The notes: generated from the letters alone by a model not told the origin. A stretch of 64,000 nucleotides of DNA from Candidatus Eiseniibacteriota bacterium (GCA_050733935.1 JBOHUC010000016.1:6088-70087), one strand, 5' to 3'; counted from the stretch's first letter, positions 9,612 to 19,422 are shown. Numbers and translations: made by a program.

Positions 9612-10768
9612 TTGAGGTAGGAGGTCTCGGGTGCGGCGAGGAGCACGGGGTGATCGGGCGATTGCGCACCCCACTGAATGAAACGGAACGGCCGATGCGC
9701 GTCGCGCGACGCCTCCGCGAGGACGCCGAGGAAGTCCTCCGGCGAAACGTGGAACGAGCACGAGCACGTGAAGAGCCACCCGCCCTCGGGCAGGAGAGAC
9801 ATCGCGCGCCGATTGAGCTCGCGGTAGCCCTTCAATCCCTCCCTGACCTTCGCGCGGCTCTTCACGAGCGCCGGCGGATCGAGCACGACGACATCGAAGC
9901 GCTCGCGGGCCTCGACGAGCTTCGGAAGCGCATCGAACACGTTCTCGACGTGGAACTCCGTACGATCGAGAAGCCCGTTCAACTCCGCGTTCGCGCGCGC
10001 CAGCGACACGGCCGCCTCCGAGCCGTCGAGGAAGAGCGCCGAGGACGCTCCCTGGCGCAGCGCCTCCATGCCCCATGCGCCGGAATACGAGAAGAGGTCG
10101 AGCACGCGCGCGTTCGACACGCGCCCTGCGACGAGCCTTCGGTTCATGCGCTGATCGAGGAAGAAGCCCGTCTTCTGGCCGCCGAGCGGATCGACGCGGT
10201 AGCGAAGACCATCCGCCTCGATCTCGATCGGCGGCTCGAACGCTCCGTGCCAGACCGAAGTCTCGAGCGGAAGCCCCTCGAGCCTCCGCAGGGGAACGTC
10301 GTTTCGGAGAACGATCGCCCGCGGGGAGAGGAGCCCCACGAGCGCGTCGCGCACGAGCTCGCGCCGCGCTTCCATGCCGAGGGTCGTGATCTGGACGGTG
10401 AGGACGTCGCCGTAGCGATCGACGGTGAGCCCGGGGAGAAAATCGCCCTCGCTCGCGACGAGTCGGAGCGCGGTCGCACCCGGGAGCACGTCCTCGCGGT
10501 AGGCGATCGCACGCGCGATGCGCTTCCTGAAGAACGCAGCGTCGATCTCGTCCCGGCCGCGCGTGAGGAGCCGGGCCGCGATCAGGGAGTGACGGTTGAC
10601 GTAGCCGCGCCCCAGGTAGGCGCCGCGGGAATCGATGACGTCGACGATCGACCCGTCCGGCGGCTCTCCTTCGACGGCGTCGATCTCGTTCGAGAAAATC
10701 CAGGGATGTCCCGCGCGAACCCGCCGGTCCTGGTTCTTCCTCAGGCGCAGGACCGGATGGTCGGTCAC
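9587..10768 (-). CDS. rlmI: 23S rRNA m5C methyltransferase, RlmI/YccW family (PUA plus class I SAM MTase)
   Basis: VLRLRKNQDRRVRAGHPWIFSNEI N-terminus and an SAM-MTase core. GTG start at 10766-10768 overlaps the agmatinase stop (GTGA). The upstream 199 codons of the ORF are R-rich and judged non-coding. Confidence 0.75.
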   Translation of the reverse strand: MTDHPVLRLRKNQDRRVRAGHPWIFSNEIDAVEGEPPDGSIVDVIDSRGAYLGRGYVNRHSLIAARLLTRGRDEIDAAFFRKRIARAIAYREDVLPGATALRLVASEGDFLPGLTVDRYGDVLTVQITTLGMEARRELVRDALVGLLSPRAIVLRNDVPLRRLEGLPLETSVWHGAFEPPIEIEADGLRYRVDPLGGQKTGFFLDQRMNRRLVAGRVSNARVLDLFSYSGAWGMEALRQGASSALFLDGSEAAVSLARANAELNGLLDRTEFHVENVFDALPKLVEARERFDVVVLDPPALVKSRAKVREGLKGYRELNRRAMSLLPEGGWLFTCSCSFHVSPEDFLGVLAEASRDAHRPFRFIQWGAQSPDHPVLLAAPETSYLKCAVLRAV

Positions 10769-11694
10769 AGCGGTCGATTCACGTCCGGCGGCGCGAGTCG
10801 CCCCTGGCTCACGAGCGTCCAGCCCCAGAGCCGGTACGTGAGGCGTGCGGCGAGAAAATCGGAGCGCACCTGGCCGCCGAGCGGCATGAGCTCCATGATG
10901 TCGAACCCGACGATCTTCCGCCGCCGGGCCACCTGCGCCACGATCTCGGTCAGCTCGTACCAGTCGAGTCCGCCCGGCTCGGGCGTGCCGACGCCCGGCA
11001 CCGTCGCCGGATCGAAGCAGTCGAGATCGACCGTGATGTAGACCTCGTCGGTCAGCGCGTCGGCAATGGCCGAGTAGTCGCCGCGCAGGCTGCGAGTCTT
11101 CCGCGCGCTGAACACAGGCCACTTCTTCTCCGCGATCACCTCGGCCTCTTCCTCGCTGATCGAGCGGATGCCGACCTGTACGGCAGGCACCATCTCGCGG
11201 ACGCGCCGCATGACGCACGCGTGGCTCCACGGCGTTCCGTGGAACTCGTTGCGCAAGTCGCCGTGCGCGTCGAACTGGAGCACGGAGAGATTCTTGTACT
11301 TCTTCGCGTACGCGCGCACGGGACCGCTCGTGATCGAGTGCTCTCCGCCGAGCGTGATCACGCACTTGTCGAGGTCGAGACCCCAGGCCACGGCCTCCGC
11401 GACGCGATCCACCATCGCCTTCGGATCCGCGACCACCTCGAGATCGGGCAGAGTGTGGATCCCGTGCTCGTAGAACGCACCGAGCTCCTCGTCGTAGAGC
11501 TCCATGGACTGCGAGGCGGTGATGATGGCGCGCGGGCCCAGGCGGGCGCCGCTCATGTACGACACGGTCCCGTCGTACGGCACGGGCAGGATCACCGCGT
11601 GCGCACGCTCGAGATTCGTGATCGATTCGTCCAGGCCGCCGAACGCGAAATCCACGGTGTGCGGCGGGCGCGTCGTCGTGAGGCTCCGGCTCAT
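10765..11694 (-). CDS. speB: Agmatinase / ureohydrolase family
   Basis: Arginase-fold motifs GGEHSIT, DAHGDLR, DLDCFDP, 309 aa. Confidence 0.8.
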   Translation of the reverse strand: MSRSLTTTRPPHTVDFAFGGLDESITNLERAHAVILPVPYDGTVSYMSGARLGPRAIITASQSMELYDEELGAFYEHGIHTLPDLEVVADPKAMVDRVAEAVAWGLDLDKCVITLGGEHSITSGPVRAYAKKYKNLSVLQFDAHGDLRNEFHGTPWSHACVMRRVREMVPAVQVGIRSISEEEAEVIAEKKWPVFSARKTRSLRGDYSAIADALTDEVYITVDLDCFDPATVPGVGTPEPGGLDWYELTEIVAQVARRRKIVGFDIMELMPLGGQVRSDFLAARLTYRLWGWTLVSQGRLAPPDVNRPL

Positions 11695-11795
11695 CTGTCT
11701 GTGCTCCTTGCGGGACCCAAATGCGAAGGCGCGGGGAGGTCGCTCCCCGCGCCGGCCAGGCCTACGCGATTGCGCGATCCCCTGCGGGGACGCGG

Positions 11796-12014
11796 CTACT
11801 CCTCGTCCTCGAGATCGTCCTCGTCGTCGTAATCGTCCTCGTCGAGATCGTCATCGTCGAATTCGTCGTCATCATCCTCGTCATCGTCATCCTCGAAGTC
11901 GATGTCCTCGTCATCCTCCTCGTCGAGGTCGTCGATGAATTCTTCGTCTTCGTCGGACTCACGCCCCGAGAAGATCAAGTCCTGGCCGTTTCCGGACACT
12001 GAGAGGAATTCCAT
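11796..12014 (-). CDS. Small, highly acidic (D/E-rich) protein
   Basis: MEFLSVSGNGQDLIFSGRESDEDEEFIDDLDEEDDEDIDFEDDDDEDDDDEFDDDDLDEDDYDDEDDLEDEE. Clean ORF on the same strand as the flanking genes. Homology unknown. Confidence 0.35.
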   Translation of the reverse strand: MEFLSVSGNGQDLIFSGRESDEDEEFIDDLDEEDDEDIDFEDDDDEDDDDEFDDDDLDEDDYDDEDDLEDEE

Positions 12015-12289
12015 GTCGCACCCTGCCTCTGGTGTGGCCCGGGACATGCCGGGCGCGTTCCCAACGCTACCACCGCGCCGAGAGGAGTCATGTCGAAAAG
12101 CTCCGCGGGTGTTCGGAGCGCGCGCGGCGCGCCGGAAATCGCGGCTTCCTGCGAAACCGGCGGCAGTATACCGACCCGACCCGGGGGGTCAACTTTTTTC
12201 ACCCCCCCGGCGCAACCCTCACGGAGCAAACGAAAACGCCGCTCGGGGCGCGGCTCCGGGCGGACGTTTGTCGGGGCTTCGGATGTGAG

Positions 12290-12367
12290 TGGCGGGGTTG
12301 ACGGGACTCGAACCCGCGACCTCCTGCGTGACAGGCAGGCGTTCTAACCAAACTGAACTACAACCCC
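12290..12367 (-). tRNA. tRNA-Asp (GTC)
   Basis: Minus-strand GGGGTTGTAGTTCAGTTTGGTTAGAAC GCCTGCCTGTCACGCAGG AGGTCGCGGGTTCGAGTCCCGTCAACCCCGCCA. Cloverleaf with a 7-bp acceptor stem, CTGTCAC anticodon loop, T-psi-C GGTTCGAGTCC, encoded CCA. Confidence 0.85.
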
Positions 12368-12509
12368 ACCATGGCAACGGGGGCTCACGCCGCCGCCGCG
12401 AAGCCGCATCGTAGTCGCGCCCTCTCCCGAGTGTCAAGGACCGCTTCGATCGCGCGCCCGGGCGGGCGCCCATCTGGTGCGTCCCGGGGGCCGCGTGTAG
12501 ACTCGCGTC

Positions 12510-13280
12510 ATGCCGCCCGAGATCGAAGCGTACGATCCGCAGGAATTTTGGCAGGAGCGTCTGTCGGAAAACTTCGACCTGCGGGGCACGGGGCATCCCG
12601 GTCTTTCGGCGGCGTACAACGAGCGATGCTATCGCCTGCGCCGTGCCGTCCTCGACTCGATTCTCGTGAAGCACCGCGTTCCGGTGGCCGGGCATCGCGT
12701 TCTCGACGCGGGCTCCGGGAGCGGATTCTTCGTCCGGCACTTCCTCGAGCGCGGCGCCCGCGTGACGGGCGTCGATCTCACCGAAGTTTCCGTTCGGGAG
12801 CTTTCAAAGCGGTTTCCGGAAGCGCAATTCGAGCGTGGAGACCTGTCCACGTGGCGCGCGCGCGAGCCGTTCGACCTCGTGTCGTGCTTCGACGTGCTGT
12901 TCCACATCGTGGACGAAGCGGCGTGGGACAAAGCTCTCACGAACCTCGCGGATGCGGTGCGGCCGGGGGGCTACTTCGTGTTCACGGAGTATTTTCCGCG
13001 ACGGCGTCCCCGATCGATCGAGGGGCACAATATCGGACGGGACTGGGAGACCTACCGGACGGCACTTCTCGCGCGCGGGCTTGCGATCCTCGAGAACCGT
13101 CCGACCCATCACCTCATGAACAGCGATCTCGGCGTGTTTCGATTCCTGAATCGCGCGCCCGAGCTCCTCTACCGCATCGATCTCGGGCTCCTCACCGCCG
13201 GCCTCCTCGAGGATCGGGGAAGCAATCGCATCGTGCTCACGAGGAAGGCGGACCCGGGCGCGCCGATCCCGTCCCGCTGA
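12510..13280 (+). CDS. Class I SAM-dependent methyltransferase
   Basis: VLDAGSGSGFF motif I and downstream MTase motifs. Confidence 0.7.
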   Translation: MPPEIEAYDPQEFWQERLSENFDLRGTGHPGLSAAYNERCYRLRRAVLDSILVKHRVPVAGHRVLDAGSGSGFFVRHFLERGARVTGVDLTEVSVRELSKRFPEAQFERGDLSTWRAREPFDLVSCFDVLFHIVDEAAWDKALTNLADAVRPGGYFVFTEYFPRRRPRSIEGHNIGRDWETYRTALLARGLAILENRPTHHLMNSDLGVFRFLNRAPELLYRIDLGLLTAGLLEDRGSNRIVLTRKADPGAPIPSR

Positions 13281-13773
13281 CCCGCCGGAGCGCGGCGAGA
13301 CGACGGGCGAGAGGTTCGGGCAACGGCTCGCGCAGCAGGCGGTGGAGCGCGCTCGCATCCGCTCCGCGCGACTCGAGGTGCAGAAACAGGGGCTCCGAGC
13401 GATGCGTGCGCTCCATGAGTGCGTACGCGACGGCCCACGCCTCGAGACTTCCGAGCGGGATCCCTTCCCACGTGCCGCGCACGAACGTCGGAATGCGGGC
13501 CACGCGGCCGTCGTTCACGAGCGCAAAGCGCACGATGAGCTCGACCGTTCCCCCGTCGAAGACGAGCTTCGAATCGGAGTGACGACCGGACGAGCCGACG
13601 TAGACCGGGCGCAGCTCGTCGACCACCGGCAGGAGGCGATCGAGGGTCGCATCGGTCGTCAAGTCCCAGTCCCGTACGCGATCGACGAGCCCGTGCGCGG
13701 CGAGAAGTCCGCTTCCGCCGAGCGAGTGCACGATGCCTGCGTCCGAGAGCCGGCCGTGCACCTCGAGGAGCAT
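13237..13773 (-). CDS. Hypothetical protein, possibly nucleotidyltransferase-fold. Last gene of the MurNAc-recycling operon.
   Basis: MLLEVHGRLSDAGIVHSLGGSGLLAAHG... Alternative GTG start at 13803 overlaps the SpoIID stop (GTGA). The upstream part of the listed ORF is R-rich. Confidence 0.4.
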   Translation of the reverse strand: MLLEVHGRLSDAGIVHSLGGSGLLAAHGLVDRVRDWDLTTDATLDRLLPVVDELRPVYVGSSGRHSDSKLVFDGGTVELIVRFALVNDGRVARIPTFVRGTWEGIPLGSLEAWAVAYALMERTHRSEPLFLHLESRGADASALHRLLREPLPEPLARRLAALRRVSGTGSARPGPPSS

Positions 13774-13799
13774 CGTCTTCGGGGGAAGGGCAATCGTCG

Positions 13800-15116
13800 T
13801 CACAGGTGCACGATCTCCACGTCCGCGTAATAGAAATGAAGAATGTCCCCGAAGGCCCGTCCCGCCCGCGCCTGCGCGAGGGCGCCGACCTGGCACATGC
13901 CCGCACCGTGGCCATTGCCGCCGCCGCTCGCCACGACCTGGGTCACGCGGCCGCGCCCGTCCTTTCGCACCGCGAGCTTGAACAGGCTGCTCCGGAGAAT
14001 CGAGCCTCCGGCGGATTGCGGCCTTCTGAGGACCCAGCGGGTCTTGTCCGCCCACACGACCACGTCGCCCTTTTCCGTGTCGAACACGAGCTCGCGCACA
14101 CGTCCCGACGGGCTTCGCGAATTGACACGCACGTCGCGGAGCTCCTTCCATCCGCCCGGAGGCGGCGCGATCCCGCTCTGCTCGGGCCCGTAGCGATTCA
14201 GGTTCGAGAGGACCTCGGCTCCGGTCCACGTTTCCGTCCAGCGAAAGTGACGCGAGTCCTTGCACCACGCGTCGTGCACGTCGCGATCCTCGACCTGCCG
14301 GAGCCACGGGAACGGCGGATCGGGCCAGATGTCCTCGACGTTTGCCGTCGCGCCGCCGCAAGTCGAATAGTAGTTCGCGCGGATGTACGAGCCGTCGTGG
14401 AGCACGACCACGCCGCGTGTTTCCGCGACCGCCCGATCGGTGAACGGCGTTTCGCTCGCGATGCCGGCGTAGACCTGGTCCTCGACGGAATCGTAGAGAT
14501 CGAATCCTTCCTCGAAGCGCCGGCCGACGTACGAGAGCGTGTACGTGCGCGCGGCCACGGCCTGCGCCTTGCCGGCTTCGAGGGTGGCGGCGTCGAGCTT
14601 TCCGATCTCGTGCGGGAGAACTCCCCTCAAGTACGGCTCGACGGCGACACGGTTGGCGGCCGTGATGCGACCGCGCGGACTCACGAAGAGCTTGGCCCCC
14701 CCGCGGTAGCGCTTCCCGTTCACCGTCACCTCATCGGTCTCCGGTCCGCCGACGAACACGGTGTCGTCGGCCACGACGGGCTCGTTCAGGCGCGCTCCCG
14801 AGGCGCCCTCGAGCGCGAGCAGGATCCGACCGCCGCCGATCCAGGCCACGAGCGAAGAGCGTGCGGGGACGTTGTCGACCTCGGGCGCTCCGCGGACAGC
14901 CTCGCCGCTCGTGGGGCCGACCGCGACCCGGACGCGCTCCGCGTCGATCACGATGCCGACATCGAGCCATTCGGTGCGGCCGAGACGCGTCGCCACCCCG
15001 TCCGCATGCACCACGGACGCGTCGAACGCCGCGGTTGCAATGCCGTAGGCACACGCGACGATGAGGGCTCTCGCGACGTGGCGGCATCGACCGAATCCGA
15101 ACCCTCTCCCCTTCAC
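13800..15116 (-). CDS. SpoIID/LytB-domain protein (lytic transglycosylase / amidase enhancer)
   Basis: YYSTCGGATANVEDIW SpoIID signature and a signal peptide. GTG start overlaps the anmK stop (GTGA). Confidence 0.8.
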   Translation of the reverse strand: MKGRGFGFGRCRHVARALIVACAYGIATAAFDASVVHADGVATRLGRTEWLDVGIVIDAERVRVAVGPTSGEAVRGAPEVDNVPARSSLVAWIGGGRILLALEGASGARLNEPVVADDTVFVGGPETDEVTVNGKRYRGGAKLFVSPRGRITAANRVAVEPYLRGVLPHEIGKLDAATLEAGKAQAVAARTYTLSYVGRRFEEGFDLYDSVEDQVYAGIASETPFTDRAVAETRGVVVLHDGSYIRANYYSTCGGATANVEDIWPDPPFPWLRQVEDRDVHDAWCKDSRHFRWTETWTGAEVLSNLNRYGPEQSGIAPPPGGWKELRDVRVNSRSPSGRVRELVFDTEKGDVVVWADKTRWVLRRPQSAGGSILRSSLFKLAVRKDGRGRVTQVVASGGGNGHGAGMCQVGALAQARAGRAFGDILHFYYADVEIVHL

Positions 15117-16435
15117 AGGCGTTCCTTTCGGTCGAGCGTGATCGAGCCCAGAACGAGCGGGCGCGCGGCACCCGTGACCCCGGGCAAGTTGCCCGGGCGT
15201 CCGTTGAGCGATTCGAACGCGAGTACGGCGAACGCGACCGCCTCCTTCGCGTCCACGGGCAGGCCGAGCTCGTCGGTCGTATGAAGCTCGATTGGATCGA
15301 GCGCCGCGGCGAGAGACGCCATGAGAACGGGATTGTGCGTTCCGCCGCCGCTTGCGTAGACGGCATCGAGCGGGAATCGCAGTGCCACGAATTCCTCGAT
15401 CGCGTTCGCGACCGCAGAAGCCGAAAGCATGGCGGCGGTCACGAGCAGGTCGGCCTCTGAAAGGCCGCGCGCCTTCCCCGCCGCGAACCAGCGTTCGAGA
15501 TACGCATCGCCGAACCGTTCCCTCCCCGTCGAGCGCGGCGGCGGTTGATCGAAGAACGGATCCGCGAGCGCCTCGGCGAGGAGCTCCTCGTCCGGGCGGC
15601 CTCCCACCGCGCGGCGGCCGTCCTCATCATAGGACACGCGGCCCCCCGTCGCGCGCCGCACGATCCCGTCGAGCAGCATGTTCCCCGGTCCCGTGTCGAA
15701 CGCGAGGACTTCGTCCACCTGCGCGCGGGCGGGCATGGCGGTCAGGTTCGCGATCCCGCCGAGATTGAGAAGCCCGCGCGCGACGTGCGCGCTCCGGAAC
15801 AGGAGCCAGTCCACGTACGGGACGAGCGGTGCACCTTCGCCGCCCGCCGCGATGTCGGCCGAGCGAAAATCGTGGAGCACGCGAATCCCCGTCCGCTCGG
15901 CCAGCACCGAGGCCGATCCGATCTGCCAGGTGAGCCCGCCCCCACCGGCCGCGGCGGCGTCCGCATCGCGCGGTCCGCGATGGAAGATCGTCTGACCGTG
16001 AAGCCCGATCGCCGCGACATCGCGCGGATCGGCTCCCGCATCGCCGAGGAGCTCGAGCACCGCGGCCGCATACGTCTCGCCGAGCGCGGCGTCGAGTGCC
16101 GTGAACTCGGATGCCGGGAACGCGTCTCCGCGCGCGCACGCGAGGATCCGCGCCGTGAGCAACGGATCGAGCGGGAGGCTTCGGTGCGCACGGAGCTTCC
16201 ACGTGAGTCCGGGTGGCTCACCCGAGAGCGCGACGAGGGCCGCTTCGATTCCATCGACCGACGTGCCGGTCATGAGGCCGACGACGAGAGTCGACTTGCG
16301 CGCTCGCTCCTGCACGCGCGGCTTCCCGCGCTCCTTCTCGTGCTGCTTCGCGCGCCCCTTCCCGCGGTCCTTTCCCCGCTCCGTCGAGCGCCCCTTCCCC
16401 CGCCCTGCGGCGGGCCTGGCCGGCCTTCGCGCCAT
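15113..16435 (-). CDS. anmK: Anhydro-N-acetylmuramic acid kinase with a K/R-rich N-terminal extension
   Basis: GLMTGTSVDGIEAA...DTGPGN...ASGGG motifs. The ATG at 16433-16435 overlaps the permease stop (ATGA), which supports the extended start MARRPARPAAGRGKGRSTERGKDRGKGRAKQHEKERGKPR. Confidence 0.85.
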   Translation of the reverse strand: MARRPARPAAGRGKGRSTERGKDRGKGRAKQHEKERGKPRVQERARKSTLVVGLMTGTSVDGIEAALVALSGEPPGLTWKLRAHRSLPLDPLLTARILACARGDAFPASEFTALDAALGETYAAAVLELLGDAGADPRDVAAIGLHGQTIFHRGPRDADAAAAGGGGLTWQIGSASVLAERTGIRVLHDFRSADIAAGGEGAPLVPYVDWLLFRSAHVARGLLNLGGIANLTAMPARAQVDEVLAFDTGPGNMLLDGIVRRATGGRVSYDEDGRRAVGGRPDEELLAEALADPFFDQPPPRSTGRERFGDAYLERWFAAGKARGLSEADLLVTAAMLSASAVANAIEEFVALRFPLDAVYASGGGTHNPVLMASLAAALDPIELHTTDELGLPVDAKEAVAFAVLAFESLNGRPGNLPGVTGAARPLVLGSITLDRKERL

Positions 16436-17268
16436 CAACCCTTCTCCGCTCCGGCTGTCATTCCCTCGATGATCTGGCGCTGGAAGAAGAGGAACGCGGC
16501 GATCATCGGGAGAGCCGAGATCGTGGAACCGGCCATGAGGAGCCCCCAGTCGACCGCATGCTCTCCCTGCGCGAACAGCGCAAGCCCGACCGGGAGCGTC
16601 CGCAGGCGATCGGAGTTCGTGAAGATGAGCGGGAAGAGAAACGAGTTCCAGTTGAGCAGGAACGAGTTGATCGCGACGACCGCGAGCGCCGGCTGAAGAA
16701 GCGGCAGAACGATCGTCGAGAAGATCCGAAGCTCGCTCGCCCCATCGACCCGCGCGGAGTCCTCGAGCCCGGTCGGAAGCCCGAGCACGTACTGGCGCAC
16801 GAGGAAGATCGAGAACGCGTCCACGAAGAACGGCAGGATGACCGCGCCGTACGTGTTGAGGAGCCCAAGGCGCGCGAGCACGAGGTAGAGCGGAATCATG
16901 AGCACCTGGCGCGGCACCATGAGGGTCGCGATCACGCCCCAGGTGAGCGCGCGGTTCCCCGGGAAGCGCTTGCGCGCGAGCGCGTACCCCACCATGGCTC
17001 CCGTCAGCACGTTCCCGCCGACGACGAAGAGAGCGACGAGCGACGAGTTCAAGAGATAGCGCGGGAACGATCCCGCCTCCCACAGCGCGCGGTAGTGCAT
17101 CAGGCTGAAGCGCGCGCGAGAGAGCGCGTCGACCGAGAGATCGCCGCCCGCCCCCGGCTGAACGGACAGGAAGAGCATCCACAGAAACGGCACGAGCATC
17201 GTGACGAGAAGCGGCAGGAGAAGCCATGCCCGGCGGCTCACGACTTGGGCCCCTCGAGCTTGAGCCAC
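16435..17268 (-). CDS. Carbohydrate ABC transporter permease (MalG/UgpE-like)
   Basis: Six TM segments and the EAA-type motif region VDGASELRIFSTIVLPL. Exact start uncertain: 31-nt overlap with the upstream permease. Confidence 0.8.
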   Translation of the reverse strand: MAQARGAQVVSRRAWLLLPLLVTMLVPFLWMLFLSVQPGAGGDLSVDALSRARFSLMHYRALWEAGSFPRYLLNSSLVALFVVGGNVLTGAMVGYALARKRFPGNRALTWGVIATLMVPRQVLMIPLYLVLARLGLLNTYGAVILPFFVDAFSIFLVRQYVLGLPTGLEDSARVDGASELRIFSTIVLPLLQPALAVVAINSFLLNWNSFLFPLIFTNSDRLRTLPVGLALFAQGEHAVDWGLLMAGSTISALPMIAAFLFFQRQIIEGMTAGAEKG

Positions 17269-18128
17269 TTCACCTGCGCAAACGCGAGCGCGAGCGTGAG
17301 GAAGAAGAGGAGATACGCGATCGACGACGCATACCCGAGACGGAAGCGGTAGAACGCCTGTTCGTACAGGTAGAAGACCGAGGTGAGCGTCGAGTTCAAC
17401 GGCCCGCCCCGGGTCATGACGAAGATCTCGGTGAAGATCTGAAGGCTCCTAACGCTGTTTACGATCAGGACGAACAGGAACGTCGCGCGAAGCATCGGCA
17501 TCGTGATGTGGACGAAGCGCTGCCAGCGGGTCGCGCCGTCGAGATGCGCCGATTCGTAGAGCTCCTCCGGGATCGACTTGAGTCCCGCGAGAAAGATCAC
17601 CATGTAGTAGCCGGAGGCGGCCCACACGTCCATCGCCATGATCGCCGGCAGGGCTGTCTCAGGATCGAGGAGCCACCGCGGCGGCGTGCCGCCAAGGGCC
17701 GTGACGAGCGCCGAGAGCGGACCTTCCGGCGCGTAGAGCCCCTTCCACACGAGGCTGATGACGACCACCGAGACGACCGTGGGCAGGAAGAATCCCGCGC
17801 GGAAGAAAGCCCGGCCCGGAAACGCGCGATTGAGCGCGAGCGCGAGCCCGAGGGCGATCGCGGTCGTGAACGGGATCGTGCCGAAGACGAAGAGGAGCGT
17901 GTTCCCGAGCGACTTCCAGAACAAGGGATCGCGCAGCGCTTCCGCGTAGTTGCCGAGCCCGAGGAAGCGTGCAGCCTGCGGCCGAAGGGGAGAGTAGTCG
18001 AAGAACGAAAGAACGAACGAAAACCCGAACGGATAGAGCCCGAAAACGGCGAGCGAGAGGATCCACGGGGAGAGGAGAATCCACGTGGTCGGCTCGAACC
18101 GCTTCCGCCGGCTCTTCGGTTTCGACAC
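17238..18128 (-). CDS. Carbohydrate ABC transporter permease (MalF/UgpA-like)
   Basis: TM topology and EAA loop AHLDGATRWQRFVHITMP. Confidence 0.8.
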   Translation of the reverse strand: MSKPKSRRKRFEPTTWILLSPWILSLAVFGLYPFGFSFVLSFFDYSPLRPQAARFLGLGNYAEALRDPLFWKSLGNTLLFVFGTIPFTTAIALGLALALNRAFPGRAFFRAGFFLPTVVSVVVISLVWKGLYAPEGPLSALVTALGGTPPRWLLDPETALPAIMAMDVWAASGYYMVIFLAGLKSIPEELYESAHLDGATRWQRFVHITMPMLRATFLFVLIVNSVRSLQIFTEIFVMTRGGPLNSTLTSVFYLYEQAFYRFRLGYASSIAYLLFFLTLALAFAQVKWLKLEGPKS

Positions 18129-18143
18129 GCGGCCCCGGACCCT

Positions 18144-19397
18144 CTACCGCGCCGCGCTCGCCGCCGTTCGGGCGAGGATTTCGTTCATGCGACCGTTCGC
18201 GGCGCGCACGGCCGCCGCGGGCGTCTTCTTGCCGTACAGCGCCTGCTCGATCTCGTCCTCGATCGCCGCCTCCATGTCGAGCCAGTCAGGATGGTTCGGC
18301 GTCGTGCGCGAGAGGAGGAGCTGCTCGACCATCATGGCCTCGTTCGGACGCTCTCGATAATACGGGTCGTCAACGGCACCGACGGCGGCGGGCTGGACCG
18401 CCTTGTTCGCCTTCGCGAGCGCGAGGGCCGCCTCCTTCGAAGCGAGAAAGCGGGCGAGGCGGAAGGCGCCGTTCGGGTTCTTCGAAGCGCTGAACGAGAC
18501 CAGGATCTCCCCGCCCGCGAACGACGCGTGGGTGCCGTGGTCGGCGGCGGGCTTGGGAATGAGCGCCACGCCGTACGCGAGGTCCGGGGCCTGCGTCGGA
18601 ATCTTCCGGAAGAGCCACGCGCCCGAGATCTGAGCGCCGAGCTTGCCCTGGAGGAACGCTTCGTCGAGCTGATCCTGCCGGTCGGTGCGCCCGTGCTTCG
18701 CAAGCGCCAGGTAGAGCTCGAGCGCTTCGACGTTGGCCGGCGAATCGAACGCGGCACTCTTCCCGTCGGCGGAGAGGAGCTCGCCGCCGTTCGACCACGC
18801 GTACGGCATGTACTTCTTGAACAGGATGTAGCGCTCGCCGGCATTGACCCCGTATCCGGCCACGCCGTTCCCGAGCGCCTGCACGCGACGCGTGGCTTCG
18901 AGGATCTCGGGCCACGTCGAGGGCGCGTGATTCGTGTCGAGGCCCGCGTGCGCGAACAGCGTCTTGTTCCAGAAGAGAGCTCGCGTTCCAACCATCCAGG
19001 GCATCCCGTACGTGCGACCGTTCGAACGCGCGAGCTCCCACAGCGTGAACTGCGATTCGATGGTCCCCGTCGAGTCGGTCCAGTCTGCGAGCGCACCCTG
19101 CGTGGCGAAGCGTGGAAACCAGGTCGAACCGAGCTCGCACAGATCGGGAACCGTGCCGCCCGCGACGGCGGCCGTGATCTTCTCGAGGCCGCTCTGCCAG
19201 GTGAGCTGTTCCATCTGGACCGTGACGTCCGGATTCTGTTTCTGGAATTCGTCGAGAAGAGGTTGAACCTGCTCGGCCGGGAAGAACTGCCAGAACACGA
19301 CGACCTGTTTGCCAGCCGCTCCGCCGCCGCCGCAGCCCCCGAGGCCCGCGACGGCGAGCGCGAGAACGCCGGCTGTCTTCCATGAGAGTCGCTTCAT
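18144..19397 (-). CDS. Sugar ABC transporter substrate-binding lipoprotein (family 1 SBP)
   Basis: Lipobox LAVAGLGGC, SBP_bac_1-like sequence, 417 aa. Confidence 0.8.
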   Translation of the reverse strand: MKRLSWKTAGVLALAVAGLGGCGGGGAAGKQVVVFWQFFPAEQVQPLLDEFQKQNPDVTVQMEQLTWQSGLEKITAAVAGGTVPDLCELGSTWFPRFATQGALADWTDSTGTIESQFTLWELARSNGRTYGMPWMVGTRALFWNKTLFAHAGLDTNHAPSTWPEILEATRRVQALGNGVAGYGVNAGERYILFKKYMPYAWSNGGELLSADGKSAAFDSPANVEALELYLALAKHGRTDRQDQLDEAFLQGKLGAQISGAWLFRKIPTQAPDLAYGVALIPKPAADHGTHASFAGGEILVSFSASKNPNGAFRLARFLASKEAALALAKANKAVQPAAVGAVDDPYYRERPNEAMMVEQLLLSRTTPNHPDWLDMEAAIEDEIEQALYGKKTPAAAVRAANGRMNEILARTAASAAR

Positions 19398-19422
19398 GTC
19401 CGGGATCCCTCCGCTGAGCGCG

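Noticed and set aside
12181-12210. Inverted repeat CCGGGGGGTCAACTTTTTTCACCCCCCCGG between tRNA-Asp and the acidic ORF
   Set aside because: The T-run lies in the loop on the plus strand, and there is no U-tract after the stem on the minus strand. It could be a processing/terminator hairpin, but it does not fit an intrinsic terminator cleanly. It is mentioned only in context.
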